DNA from: Mobula hypostoma
Taxonomy: Eukaryota
Assembly (NCBI RefSeq): GCF_963921235.1
Contig: NC_086108.1
Span: 38,008,001-38,072,000, forward strand
Direction of reading: 5' to 3'
Length of the DNA stretch: 64,000 nt
The position numbers and the translations under genes were made by a program. A model generated the notes under the pieces. It did not search any database. It was given only the letters and a program-made list of their open reading frames with translations, and was not told the origin of the DNA. Shown here piece by piece: positions 52,956 through 64,000 of the stretch (position 1 is the first letter of the stretch; each line of letters begins with the position of its first letter).

Positions 52956-54988
52956 AGGTCTCTGATCATTAGTCCATGTATCCGGGCTATTAGTCTGGTA
53001 ACCATCACCGTAATACCATTATAAACTATTGCCTCTGTGTTGACCACTGACTAATTCATACAAAATATAACTTTTTGCTATTGTTCTCTCTCTACAACTA
53101 ACCGAAGAGGTTATCTTAAGGGTTCTATCTGCTGCCATATAGGACAGAAGGTACAACCCACTCTTCCTACTCAATCAGAAACTGGGTCTAAGATAAAGAA
53201 GTACAGTTATTTCAAAATGTCTGCTTGAAAAAAAGGTAACAGGGAGTTACGTATACGTTATTAACCTGCAATATCGGCTAATTAGCTATTGCTCTTCATT
53301 TGCTGCTGGGCATTCTGTCAGAATGAGCTGGGAGTCAGTAGACAAAAGACCTCTGTACATGCATGAAGGGGTTAAAAATAACACATTATCAGTGTAATTC
53401 CAAGTCAAATTAATTTAGACGACAGACCTCCTTTTTTTGGACTTAAACTCAGATCACTATGGCAGCTGTCCGTCCACTTCTGAGATAATCTCGGAACCTC
53501 AGCTACAAATGTGGCACACTTCATAGTCTACTGCAGATTCACGCAGAGAATTAAGCAGCACTATGCCAGTGCAGACTGCACACATGCCCTAGGATGCTCC
53601 ATTGTGTAATATTCTGGATGACACCACATCAAAGAGCTTCTTGTTGTGCTTACAAAGTTCATTTGTAAGCTCTGAATCTTAAGGCACAGCTTGTGGCTGC
53701 CTCAGTACTTTCTCTACCTTAGTAATGCTCATAGTTTAGTGAACTGCTGGGGCCAGCAATGACATGTACCTTAGGAGCACTAGGTACCACAGTTCCTCCA
53801 GTCCCAGCACTTTATGCTACATGCAGCAGGAACACTGAAATGGTGTTAGTTTGTTAATCTTGCATGATCAGACAAAATCCGTTGTTGTGTACATGGCAGT
53901 ACAGAGCATGGAACAGAGTTGTGGCTCTATCACCTACATTCAGTGCATGGATAATGAAATTCTTTATCTCTGGGGAAAATAATACATCATCTTATGGCAG
54001 TCAGCAAAGCCAACAGTCTTTTGATTGTGGGGAAAAAAACATATAGGAAATAAAGTTTGACAACTTCACTATGCTCCAAAAAATGTAGGTGCTGAAGGGG
54101 TAAGAACCAATTGTAAATCCTGGGACAGGCATCATGCCATATGTCAAAACTTAACCCTCACTAACAGCTGTTCATTGTCAAACTGATCATGTCCAAGCAC
54201 AATTTTACTTTGATATTCCTGTCTGCAAATAATGTATAATTGAGTAACTGAATTCAGAGCAGGGCCCTATTTATTGGATTTGTTCCTTTACAGAGGAGTA
54301 AGATAATTGTGTGACATGCCAGAATTGAATTTAGCTTTAATTTTTCATCATATCATTTCCCATTATGCCTGAGTGATTCCTCTCTTTTCCAATAAAGCAT
54401 TATTGCAATCTCACTAAATTAATGCATTTGACAAATGCATTACAGTTCAATTATATTATGACTTTATATAGTATTTCTGCAGAGGGATGACCTCTAAAAA
54501 AGACAGTTCAGTGATGATGAGTTTCTGACTAATCATTATTAAACTATGCTTCCTATCTGTGTAAAAAAGAAAATTCTTCCTTTTATCAGAAAGAAAAGAA
54601 GTTCTATAATCACTATTTTGGTGAGTACTATTGGACTAGGTGACTAAATTAAATCCCACTCTAATTTTACCTGCCGTAAAATTCCTATTTTGCCATTTAT
54701 TGAAATATTCAGCACACTATGAAATGGCCTTACAAAACAGATGAGTGTAAGACAGCAGGCAGTGGTAATTCAATGAAAAAATGTTGTTTGCTTTGTATGG
54801 ACTCCATGTATGAGAATAAGGGGCGCAGAGATATATTTGCTAGAATCTATAAAACACACTTTTCAGATAAAGATAAAGGTAGCTTCTGACAGATTCGGAA
54901 TTAATCAAGTTGTAGAGTCATTTCAACAGCATGGACATAGGCCCTTCAATCTACCACATCAGCAGCAAACGTATGCCCACCTATACTT

Positions 54989-55056
54989 TGATGTGTGTTC
55001 GTTTACCAGCAACTTTGATGTGTGTTCATTTACCAGCAACTTTGATGTGTGTTACT
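54989..55056 (+). repeat. TSD-flanked tandem of a 27-nt PLE-tail segment (~2.5 copies)
   Basis: Units 55000-55026 and 55027-55053, c(g/a)tttaccagcaactttgatgtgtgtt; flanking repeat cccacctatactt at 54976-54988 and 55057-55069. Confidence 0.88.
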
Positions 55057-56464
55057 CCCACCTATACTTGCCTGAATTAATTTCCTGTCCCTCAACACCG
55101 TGCTCATTCAAGTACTTGCCTTGATGCCTTTGGAATACTGTTACTGTTTGGGCCTCCTCTACCAGCTCTGGCAGCTCATTAAAGATACCACCTACTTTAT
55201 GAAAAATTGACCCCTCAGATCTCCATTAAACCGCCTCTCTCCCACCGAAGTGCACCTTATGAACTTTGCTGCTGGTAAATTATTTCTGCAGCTCCAAGGG
55301 ATTTTTTAAATATCAAGGCTGCCCAAAATCCATCCTCAGAATTTAATTCTCTGTCAGTAACATTCTATCATAGCATAGATTCTTTGTACACTGCATTAAA
55401 GTCAAAGGAATGAATTTCAGAGTTAGAGTAAAACATGCCAACTATAACTAAATGTTTTGTTAACATTACTAACTAGGGATGAATTTCCAGCACTTGACTG
55501 TATGAGACTACTAGAGTATAATTTATTCTGAATGTAAATTAAAGTTGAGACCACGATGTGACATCTTATATAATGATTAAGGTAAAATAAAGAAAATGAT
55601 CTGAAACTCCTTCATATGCTGCAGCTGATGGAGAAAAACACAACAGTTACAAGTCTGGCAACTGTCCAAACATGCACCACAATCTCATCACTCCAAGGAA
55701 AATTAAGTTCTCCATTCACTGGTACCTAAATACCGCCTCAATTGAGACAGGCATCGCTGTTCTAAAAATAAAAATGGAGCAAATTAAGTTAAAAGGCTTC
55801 CAGAGTTACTGTTGATATAATGAAACATTACTTTAAGTTCTGGATGTAACCAATGCAAAGATGGAGCTTGACATGATTTCACACTGTCTTCTCACTGCTT
55901 ATCCAATTCTGATTTCAATGACAAGTGACACCTCATATTTTTACTTAATGTGAAGATAAAACTACCATACATCAAAGCAAAATGTGTATTTTAACTGTCA
56001 TATATAATTCTAATTTGCTGAAAGAAAGTATTACCCAAAATTATTTGGCTATTGACTTAGTCCTGAGAATAATTCTCTCAACTTGTAAACAGGGCAATGT
56101 TATTCTCAAAAATAACAATATCTCAAATGTCAAATTTAAACAACTGCAAATGAACTGCTTTCAGAAATCCATAACATTTGAGACACAGATGGAATGATCT
56201 TGCCATAGCTCATTATTTAAAAACAATTTACATGAATTAAATCACCATACATGGATAATTTCCCATTCAATTGGAAATAATTCTTTTGTTTTTGCAATTA
56301 TCATGAACAAGACATGTCAATGTAAATCATCGTTTTGAAATATCAAGATATTATGAGTGCAGAATGAATAGGTAACTGATATTATTTCTGTAATTTACAG
56401 ATGTAGCATCATTATTCTATATTTTAGTAGAAGTATTGCTGAAAAACTAGCATTTATCATGCTG

Positions 56465-59400
56465 TGTCTTCCGGTTAAGATGGCTCTACCAAATATGTGC
56501 AACAAGTTTCTGGTTGTCAAAAGCTAAGAACTATGACTAAAAACATCACTAAAAATACCTTTTCTGAGGTAAATTGTGTTAAATTATCATCACAAACAAT
56601 GAAGGAGTGAGCGATGAAAGGCGAGTTTAGGGTTGAATCAATGCAGTTGGAGTTCCGATGCCCATAGAGCTTGCCTGGGAATGAGGCTGGATCGCTCTAG
56701 GTGCCACGAGGAGAAGTCGGGGCCCGGGCAGAGGAGATTTGATTGTGACGTGCATACAACTGGCCTAGGTGCGAGACTAGTTCACTCTGGGCACCGAGCT
56801 GATTTGAAGAGCTTGAGGGTGGCTTCTGGCTGGGTGACAAAATCTGGGCCTGAAGCCAGTCACTGAGCAGTGTGGTGTAGGCCTGGGGCCTTTCACAGCA
56901 GTGGTGCCTGGGTCCTAGTGCAATGTACAATTCGCTGTTTAGACAATTTAAACACTGGCCCATATTGGAAACGAGAGCTGATTTCGCTCGCTAACTGCAA
57001 TGTTCACTCCTCTCTCCAGGGGTGCGAAACCCTTCATTGTTCCACCGTTGAGTCAATATAAGCACCATCCCAGATAAACCGAAAAGACAGGGTTTCAGTC
57101 AGGACATGAGTCAACTGCACTCGTTCTCTGCGATGGCCATCTCCATGGGGCTGAGGCTATGAAGATTGTCCGGCTTGCTGTGCTCTATGCCCACTAATAT
57201 GAGGAGCTGATAAGCGAGGCTTTGGACTTACTACAGGCTGCACCAGGGTTTGGATCTGAGGACTCATTTCGGAATGTTGCTGATCACTTCAATTGTTTGT
57301 ATGACTTGTATTTTTTTTAGAAACATAGAAACATAGAAAATAGGTGCAGGAGTAGGCCATTCGGCCCTTCGAGCCTGCACCGCCATTCAGTATGATCATG
57401 GCTGATCATCCAACTCAGAACCCTGTACCAGCCTTCCCCCCCATACCCCCTGATCCCTTTAGCCACAAGGGCCATATCTAACTCCCTCTTAAGTATAGCC
57501 AATGAACTGGCCTCAACTGTTTCCTGTGGCAGAGAATTCCACAGATTCACCACTCTCTGTGTAAAGAAGTTTTTCCTCATCTTGGTCCTAAAAGGCTTCC
57601 CCTTTATCCTCAAACTGTGACCCCTCATTCTGGACTTCCCCAACATCGGGAACGATCTTCCTGCATCTAGCGTGTCCAATCCCTTTAGGATTTTATATGT
57701 TTCAATAAGATCCCCCCTCAACCTTCTAAATTCCAATGAGTATAAGCCTAGTCGATCCAGTCTTTCATCATATGAAAGTCCTGCCGTCCCAGTAATCAAT
57801 CTGGTGAACCTCCTTTGTAGTCCTTCTATGGCAAGGATGTCTTTCCTCAGATTAGGGGACCAAAACTGCACACAATACTCCAGGTGTGGTCTCACCAAGG
57901 CCTTGTACAACTGCACTCTAGTACCTCCCTACTCCTGTACTCGAATCCTCTTGCTATGAATGCCAGCATACCATTCGCCTTTTTTACCACCTGCTGTACC
58001 TGCATGCCCACTTTCAATGACTGGTGTATAATGACACCCAGGTCTCGTTGCACCTCCCCTTTTCCTAATCGGCCACCATTCAGATAATAATCTGTTTTCC
58101 TGTTTTTGCCACCAAAGTGGATAACCTCATATTTATCCAAATTAAATTGCATCTGCCGTGAATCTGCCCACTCACCTAATCTATCCAAGTTACCCTGCAT
58201 CCTCTTAGCATCCTCCTCACAACTAACAGTGCCGCCCAGCTTCGTGTCATCCGCAAACTTGGAGATGCTGCATTTAATTCGCTCATCTAAGTCATTAATA
58301 TATATTGTAAACAACTGGGGTCCCAGCACTGAGCCTTGCGGTACCCCACTAGTCACTGCCTGCCATTCTGAAAAGGTCCCGTTTATTCCCAATCTTTGCT
58401 TCCTGTCTGCCAACCAATTCTCTATCCATATCAATACCTTACCCCCAATATTGTGTGCTTTAAGTTTGCACACTAATCTCCTGTGTGAGACCTTGTCAAA
58501 AGCCTTTTGAAAATCCAAATATACCACATCCACTGGTTCTCCCCTATCCACTCTACTAGTTACATCCTCAAAAAATTCTATGAGATTCGTCAGACTTGAT
58601 TTTCCTTTCACAAATCCATACTGACTTTGTCCGATGATTTCACCGCTTTCCAAATGTGCTGTTATCACATCTTTGATAACTGACTCTAGCATTTTCCCCA
58701 CTACCGATGTCAGGCTAACCGGTCTATAATTCCCCGGTTTCTCTCTCCCTCCTTTTTTAAAAAGTGGGGTTACATTAGCCACCCTCCAATCCTCAGGAAC
58801 TAGTCTAGAATCTAAAGAGTTTTGAAAAATTATCGCGAATGCATCCACTATTTCTTGGGCTACTTCCTTAAGCACTCTGGGATGCAGACCATCTGGTCCT
58901 GGGGATTTATCTGCCTTTAATCCCTTCGATTTACCTAACACCACTTCCCTACTAACATGTATTTCCCTCAGTTCCTCCATCTCACTGGACCCTCTGTCCC
59001 TTACTATTTCCAGAAGATTATTTATGTCCTCCTTAGTGAAGACAGATCCAAAGTAGTTATTCAATTGGTCTGCCTTGTCCTTGCTCTCCATAATCAATTC
59101 ACTTGTTTCTGTCTGTAGGGGACCTACCTTTGTCTTAACCAATCTTTTTCTTTTCACGTATCTATAAAAGCTTTTACAGTCAGTTTTTATGTTCCCTGCC
59201 AGTTTTCTCTCATAATCTTTTTTCCCTTTCCTAACTAAGCCCTTTGTCCTCCTCTGCTGGACTCTGAATTTCTCCCCGTCCTCAGCTGAGCCACTTTTTC
59301 TGGCTAATTTGTATGCTTCTTCTTTGGAATTGATACTATCCCTAATTTCCCTTGTCAGCCACGGGTGCACTACCTTCCTTCATTTATTCTTTTGCCAAAC

Positions 59401-60740
59401 TGGGATGAACAATTGTTGTAGTTCATCCATGTGATCTTTAAATGCTTGCCATTGCATATCCACTATCAACCCTTTAAGTGTCATTTGCCAGTCTATCTCA
59501 GCTAATTCACGTCTCATACCTTCAAAGTTACCCTTCTTTAAGTTCAGAACCTTTGTTTCTGAATTAACTATGTCACTCTCCATACTAATGAAGAATTCCA
59601 CCATATTATGGTCACTCTTACCCAAGGGGCCTCTCACGACAAGATCGCTAATTAACCCTTCCTCATTGCTCAAAACCCAGTCCAGAATAGCCTGCTCTCT
59701 AGTTGGTTCCTCGACATGTTGGTTCAAAAAACCATCCTGCATACATTCCAAGAAATCCTCTTCCTCAGCACCTTTACCAATTTGGTTCACCCAATCTACA
59801 TGTAGATTGAAGTTACCCATTATAACTGCTGTTCCTTTATTGCACACATTTCTAATTTCCTGTTTAATACCATCTCCGACCTCACTACTACTGTTAGGTG
59901 GCCTGTACACAACTCCCACCAGCGTCTTCTGCCCCTTAGTGTTACGCAGCTCTACCCATATCGATTCCACATCTTCCCGGCTTCTGTCCTTCCTTTCTAT
60001 TGCGTTAATCTCTTCTTTAACCAGCAACGCCACCCCACCTCCCCTTCCTTCACGTCTATCCCTCCTGAATATTGAATATCCCTGAACGTTGAGCTCCCAT
60101 CCCTGGTCACCCTGGAGCCATGTCTCTGTGATCCCAACTATATCATATTCATTAATAACAATCTGCACTTTTAATTCATCCACCTTGTTACGAATGCTCC
60201 TTGCATTGACACACAAAGCCTTCAGGCTGGCTTTTACAACACTCTTAGCCCTTATACAATTATGTTGAAAAGTGGCTCTTTTTGATTTTTACCCTGGATT
60301 TGCTGGCCTGCCACTTTTACTTTTCACCTTTCTGCATTTTGCTTCTACCCACATTTTACACCCCTCTGTCTCTCTGTACTTGTTCCCATTCCCCTGTTGT
60401 GAACTAGCCTCCTCTCTCCTAGTCTCTTTAATTTGATTCCCACCCCCCAACCATTCTAGTTTAAAGTCACCTCAGTAGCCCTCGCTAATCTCCCCGCCAG
60501 GATATTGGTCCCCCTAGGATTCAAGTGTAACCCGTCCTTTTTGTACAGGTCATACCTGCGCCAAAAGAGCTTTTTCTTTCTCTTATGCATCATGTGTTGT
60601 CCTTTTATGTTTATTTGTATTCTTTTTTCTTTAAATTGGGTCCTCTGGGGTTTCTTGCTTTGTGGCTACCTGTGTGCAAGCAAATCTCAAGGTTGTATAA
60701 TTTATACATTCTTTGATAATAAAAGTATTCGGATCTTGAA
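56465..60740 (+). repeat. Unclassified interspersed repeat (~56465-57317 and ~60567-60740) split by a CR1
   Basis: ttccggttaagatggc start; T-rich sequence on both sides of the CR1; 3' end similar to 8220-8280. Confidence 0.4.
57318..60566 (-). mobile_element. Young CR1 LINE with near-complete ORF2 (APE endonuclease 59380-60216, RT 57892-59370) and end of ORF1
   Basis: NARSI, GITETW, YRPP, KSDH; RT motifs; frame breaks near 59378 and 57917; ORF1 end WRRYDLYKKDGLHLNPRG (SGNH esterase-like) at 60456-60566; (TTTCTATG)n tail. Confidence 0.94.
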
Positions 60741-61129
60741 TCTTGTGTACTTTCAGGAACAAAGATATAAATATTGCCATTTTAAAACATTTTCTTTATA
60801 AGCACCACAAAACTCAATCATTTGTATTTCTGGGAGTGCTGGTTATTTCCAATATTGTAGCCTAAATGCAGATTTGCCCCTTCAGAGTCGGCCTGCAATA
60901 GCATTCATACTCATGGGATTGTAGCGACTCAACAACCACTTAACCATCTAAGCCATGGGAAAAGTCATTCAGAAACTGTGCACAAGAAGTAAAGGGCATT
61001 GCAGAAAATCTGCCAGTAGTTTTCACTGTTGTATTTATTCTAAATGCACAGGACTTACAATTCTAATAATATTAGAATTAGTGGGTCATCTTCATCCTAC
61101 CTACTCAACAGATACACAATGGGTAGTGA

Positions 61130-62720
61130 ATAATAAAGAAGATGAAAATCGAAAATCCTGCAGATCCAACACAATTAGTGGAGAGAGAAATTCAGTGCTA
61201 ACTTTTCAGGTTGATGACTTTTCATCAGGACAAGTAAAAAGAGAAAAAACGAACATCTTTTCAGTTCCAATGAAGAAAGAGTAGGAGAGAAAACAAAGAA
61301 AACTTTGATAGAGACCATAAGAAACCCAATAACACAAATTACACTGGTGCCAGCTCAAGTGGAGGTGATAATACTTCACTAAATGTAGCCTATCTGTCTA
61401 GTGAAGAAGTAAGAACATTGTGGTTGTTGGAAATTTGAAATAAAAGTGAACACCAGATCCAAGAACATCTGTGGAGAGAAAATACTAAGTTAAAACTAAT
61501 GTTCATGACCTTTAATCAGTGCTGGCTGGTTCTAACACAAGTCTGGTAATCTGAAATATTTCAATTTAATGTTGAGTTCTGTGGTATGTAATGTGTTAGT
61601 AGGTGGACAAGCTTTTGTTGGGCTCTGCTGGAAGAGTGGTTTTGACTGTGGCATCACTTTAAAGGTGGTGGAAATTATGGAAAATAACCCACAAACTTTG
61701 AAGCTGTTGCGGTAGAAGGTGATAGCAAACAGAACATTAAGGTAAACAGGACCTCTTAGAAGTACTCATGTGGAAATGAAAGACATGACAGAGGTAGAGG
61801 TATGGGAGGCCTCACAGGAAATAAGACAGCAGAAAGTTTAATCAGAAAAGGAATCACCTGAGTCCAGATAAACAGTCTCAAAGAGAAACGTTGACAGTCC
61901 ATTTCCCTCCAATGATGATACCTGATGTACTAAGTTCCTCCAAAATCTTGCTCATTGTTTGAAAATCTGTTTTAATTACTAATTTATTGCCCAAGTTGGA
62001 GAAAGACAAATCTAGAAAGGGAAAATCAGATGACCCATGTAAAACTAGAAACAGACAACACCCATGCAAGCCTAAGAAGCAGCACTAATATAGTGATCAA
62101 TGTGCTAGAAAAGAAACAAGAAAGGAAAAACAAGATTAATGATACAGGGGCTTGTCCACATATCCCACATAGAACCAAGCAAAGCTTCATCCAAGTCAAC
62201 CTCCTTTAATTACATCTTTGACTCAGAGAAAATGAGTGCAGTTAAAAAAGAAGTTATTCAATGCAAGAACTAGGTGAAGGAGAGTGGCAATGGAAGAAGC
62301 GTGATTGGACATCTGTTCAGGCAAGAAGCGTGGAGTGCTCAAGTGATTTTGTGGTGGATGGAGGTGCAAAGAAAATTGTACTTGGGACCAAGAAACTGAA
62401 ACGTCCCAAAGTGCCAATGGATCAGAGTGCCATCAAAAAACTGTGACAAGACTAGAAAGTGGAGAAGAAATAGATTCAAGATAGAAATTGTTTGGGGAAA
62501 GAACAAATTGGAACAAAGAACCTGTGGGTGCAGGCATGCTTGTGGAAACTGGAGAGGTAGATGTAGGCTTTTTAAGGAGGACGGAATGAGGCTGGAAGCC
62601 ATGGAAGGAAGGTGCCAGGAGAAAACAAAGTTATTGACTGGTATTCAGTGCAGGGTCTTATGATCTAGGGTAGATGCTTCTACTTTGTATTCCTTGAAAA
62701 ATAACAACTATTTATTTCCC
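61130..62720. mobile_element. Very old PLE remnants
   Basis: SSDFPFLDLSFS and LLHLVLALNNFFFN resemble the RT of the younger PLE copies; tail remnants. Confidence 0.55.
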
Positions 62721-63019
62721 TCTATAGATGCTTTTAGACTTAAGTCTTTTTCTTATTAATAACAGAGTCATAAGCAAGGGAATATAGCTACAAAATAAGA
62801 AGCCGATCATTTAAAACTAAAATGCACAGCAATATTTTATCTCAGTGAGTAGTGAATCTCTGGAATTCTCTTTCCCTGAGGATGGTTCTTGGACAGAGAT
62901 AGAAAAAATATTTAAAAGTTAAGGAATTGCAGGGATATAGGGAACTAACAGAGGAGTTGAGATCAGCTATGAGTTTATTGAATGACAGAACAAGTTTGAA
63001 TGACCTAGTAGACTAATAT

Positions 63020-64000
63020 TGATAAAACATGGAGGAGAGACAGTGATAGACATCCTCACCAATATCTGCAACAAAATCTGGCAGACTAAGGAATGGACAA
63101 CATCTTGGACAAAAAACACTCATCATCACTCTCTCCAAGAAAGGTAACTTACAGCAGTGCTAGAATTATAGACCCAATAAGTCTTATCAGCCATGCAAGC
63201 CAAATGATGTTAAAAGTCATCTTGAACAGACTGAAACCACAGGCAGAAGAAATAATCACCGAAGAGCAGGCTGGATTCAGAAGAGGAATTACAGCAGGAC
63301 AGGTATTCAGCCTCTGACTACTGTGACAGAAATACACCATCATCAACAGGACATCCTCCACGTGTTCATAGACTTCAAGAAGGCATTCGATGCACACTGG
63401 CCACAATGAAGAGAGACAACATGGGCTAGAAGTTGATCCAAACCAACAAGTAGCTATATACCGAAGCTAGCATTGTGGGACTTGCTCAAGGCACAGTTGG
63501 AGAGTTGTTCCACACATCTGTTGGAGTCCGACAAAGCTGCCTCCTTTCACCCATGCTATTCAATACTTTCCTGGAGTAAATAATGACCTGGAAGTCTATA
63601 TTGGCAAAGTCAGCATCGGAGGACAGATCATAACCAACCTCAGGTTCACCAATGACATTGATGGGCTGGCAGGAAATGAGAATGAATTGGCCTGCCTTGT
63701 GAACCATCTGGCCAACATGCTAGATATGGCATGGGAGATCAGCACAGAGAAAACCAACCTGAATTTGCCGGCTAAACTAAAACCAATCTGGAGAGATAAT
63801 AACATTGCACTCAGATCCAAGTTGAAATCCCTGCATGCACTTGTGCTCTCCATCTTCTTGAATGTATGTGAATCATGGACTCTGACAACAGAACTTCAAA
63901 AAAGATCTAGGCAGTAGAAATGAGATGCTTCAGAAGGCTCCTCAGCATCTCCTATACAGACCATGTCTCAAACGACAAAGTACAAAGACCCATCACCCAA
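63020..64000 (+). mobile_element. Degenerate RTE-clade LINE (runs off the window)
   Basis: ISLISHASQMMLKVILNRL..EEQAGFRRG, FIDFKKAFD, GVRQSC, CESWTLT. Confidence 0.8.

Noticed and set aside
53175..53220. Minus-strand FEITVLLYLR resembling the expected upstream KCNT2 exon (..FETILLGYLSYK)
   Set aside because: Wrong length and phase, runs into a stop, no matching donor; treated as coincidence.
57318..60566. Possibly active CR1 element
   Set aside because: 5'-truncated in ORF1 and ORF2 is broken near 59378 and 57917.

Overview
Eukaryotic, repeat-dense vertebrate DNA, most likely a cartilaginous fish (inferred from the repeat repertoire only). The window lies inside a large minus-strand gene for the sodium-activated potassium channel KCNT2 (Slick/Slo2.1). 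Three consecutive short coding exons with GT-AG boundaries are visible (33604-33678, 28123-28206, 27579-27673); I could not find the neighbouring exons, so they probably lie outside the window. The rest is intron filled with nested transposon debris: Penelope-like elements (PLEs; RT + GIY-YIG), CR1, Rex1/Babar and RTE LINEs, a Tc1 transposon, hAT and Tigger-like MITEs, a tRNA-derived SINE and a non-autonomous LTR element. Nearly all ORFs in the supplied track are TE fragments or their antisense frames. The most interesting signals belong to the young PLE family: (i) a minimal type I hammerhead ribozyme in its 3' region; (ii) three head-to-head insertions with both 3' tails outward, each inside one 14-15 bp TSD, with one full tail and one tail stopping in the same internal motif; (iii) a TSD-flanked 68-bp insertion made only of ~2.5 tandem copies of that motif, suggestive of telomerase-like reiterative reverse transcription. 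Boundaries of old TE fragments are approximate.
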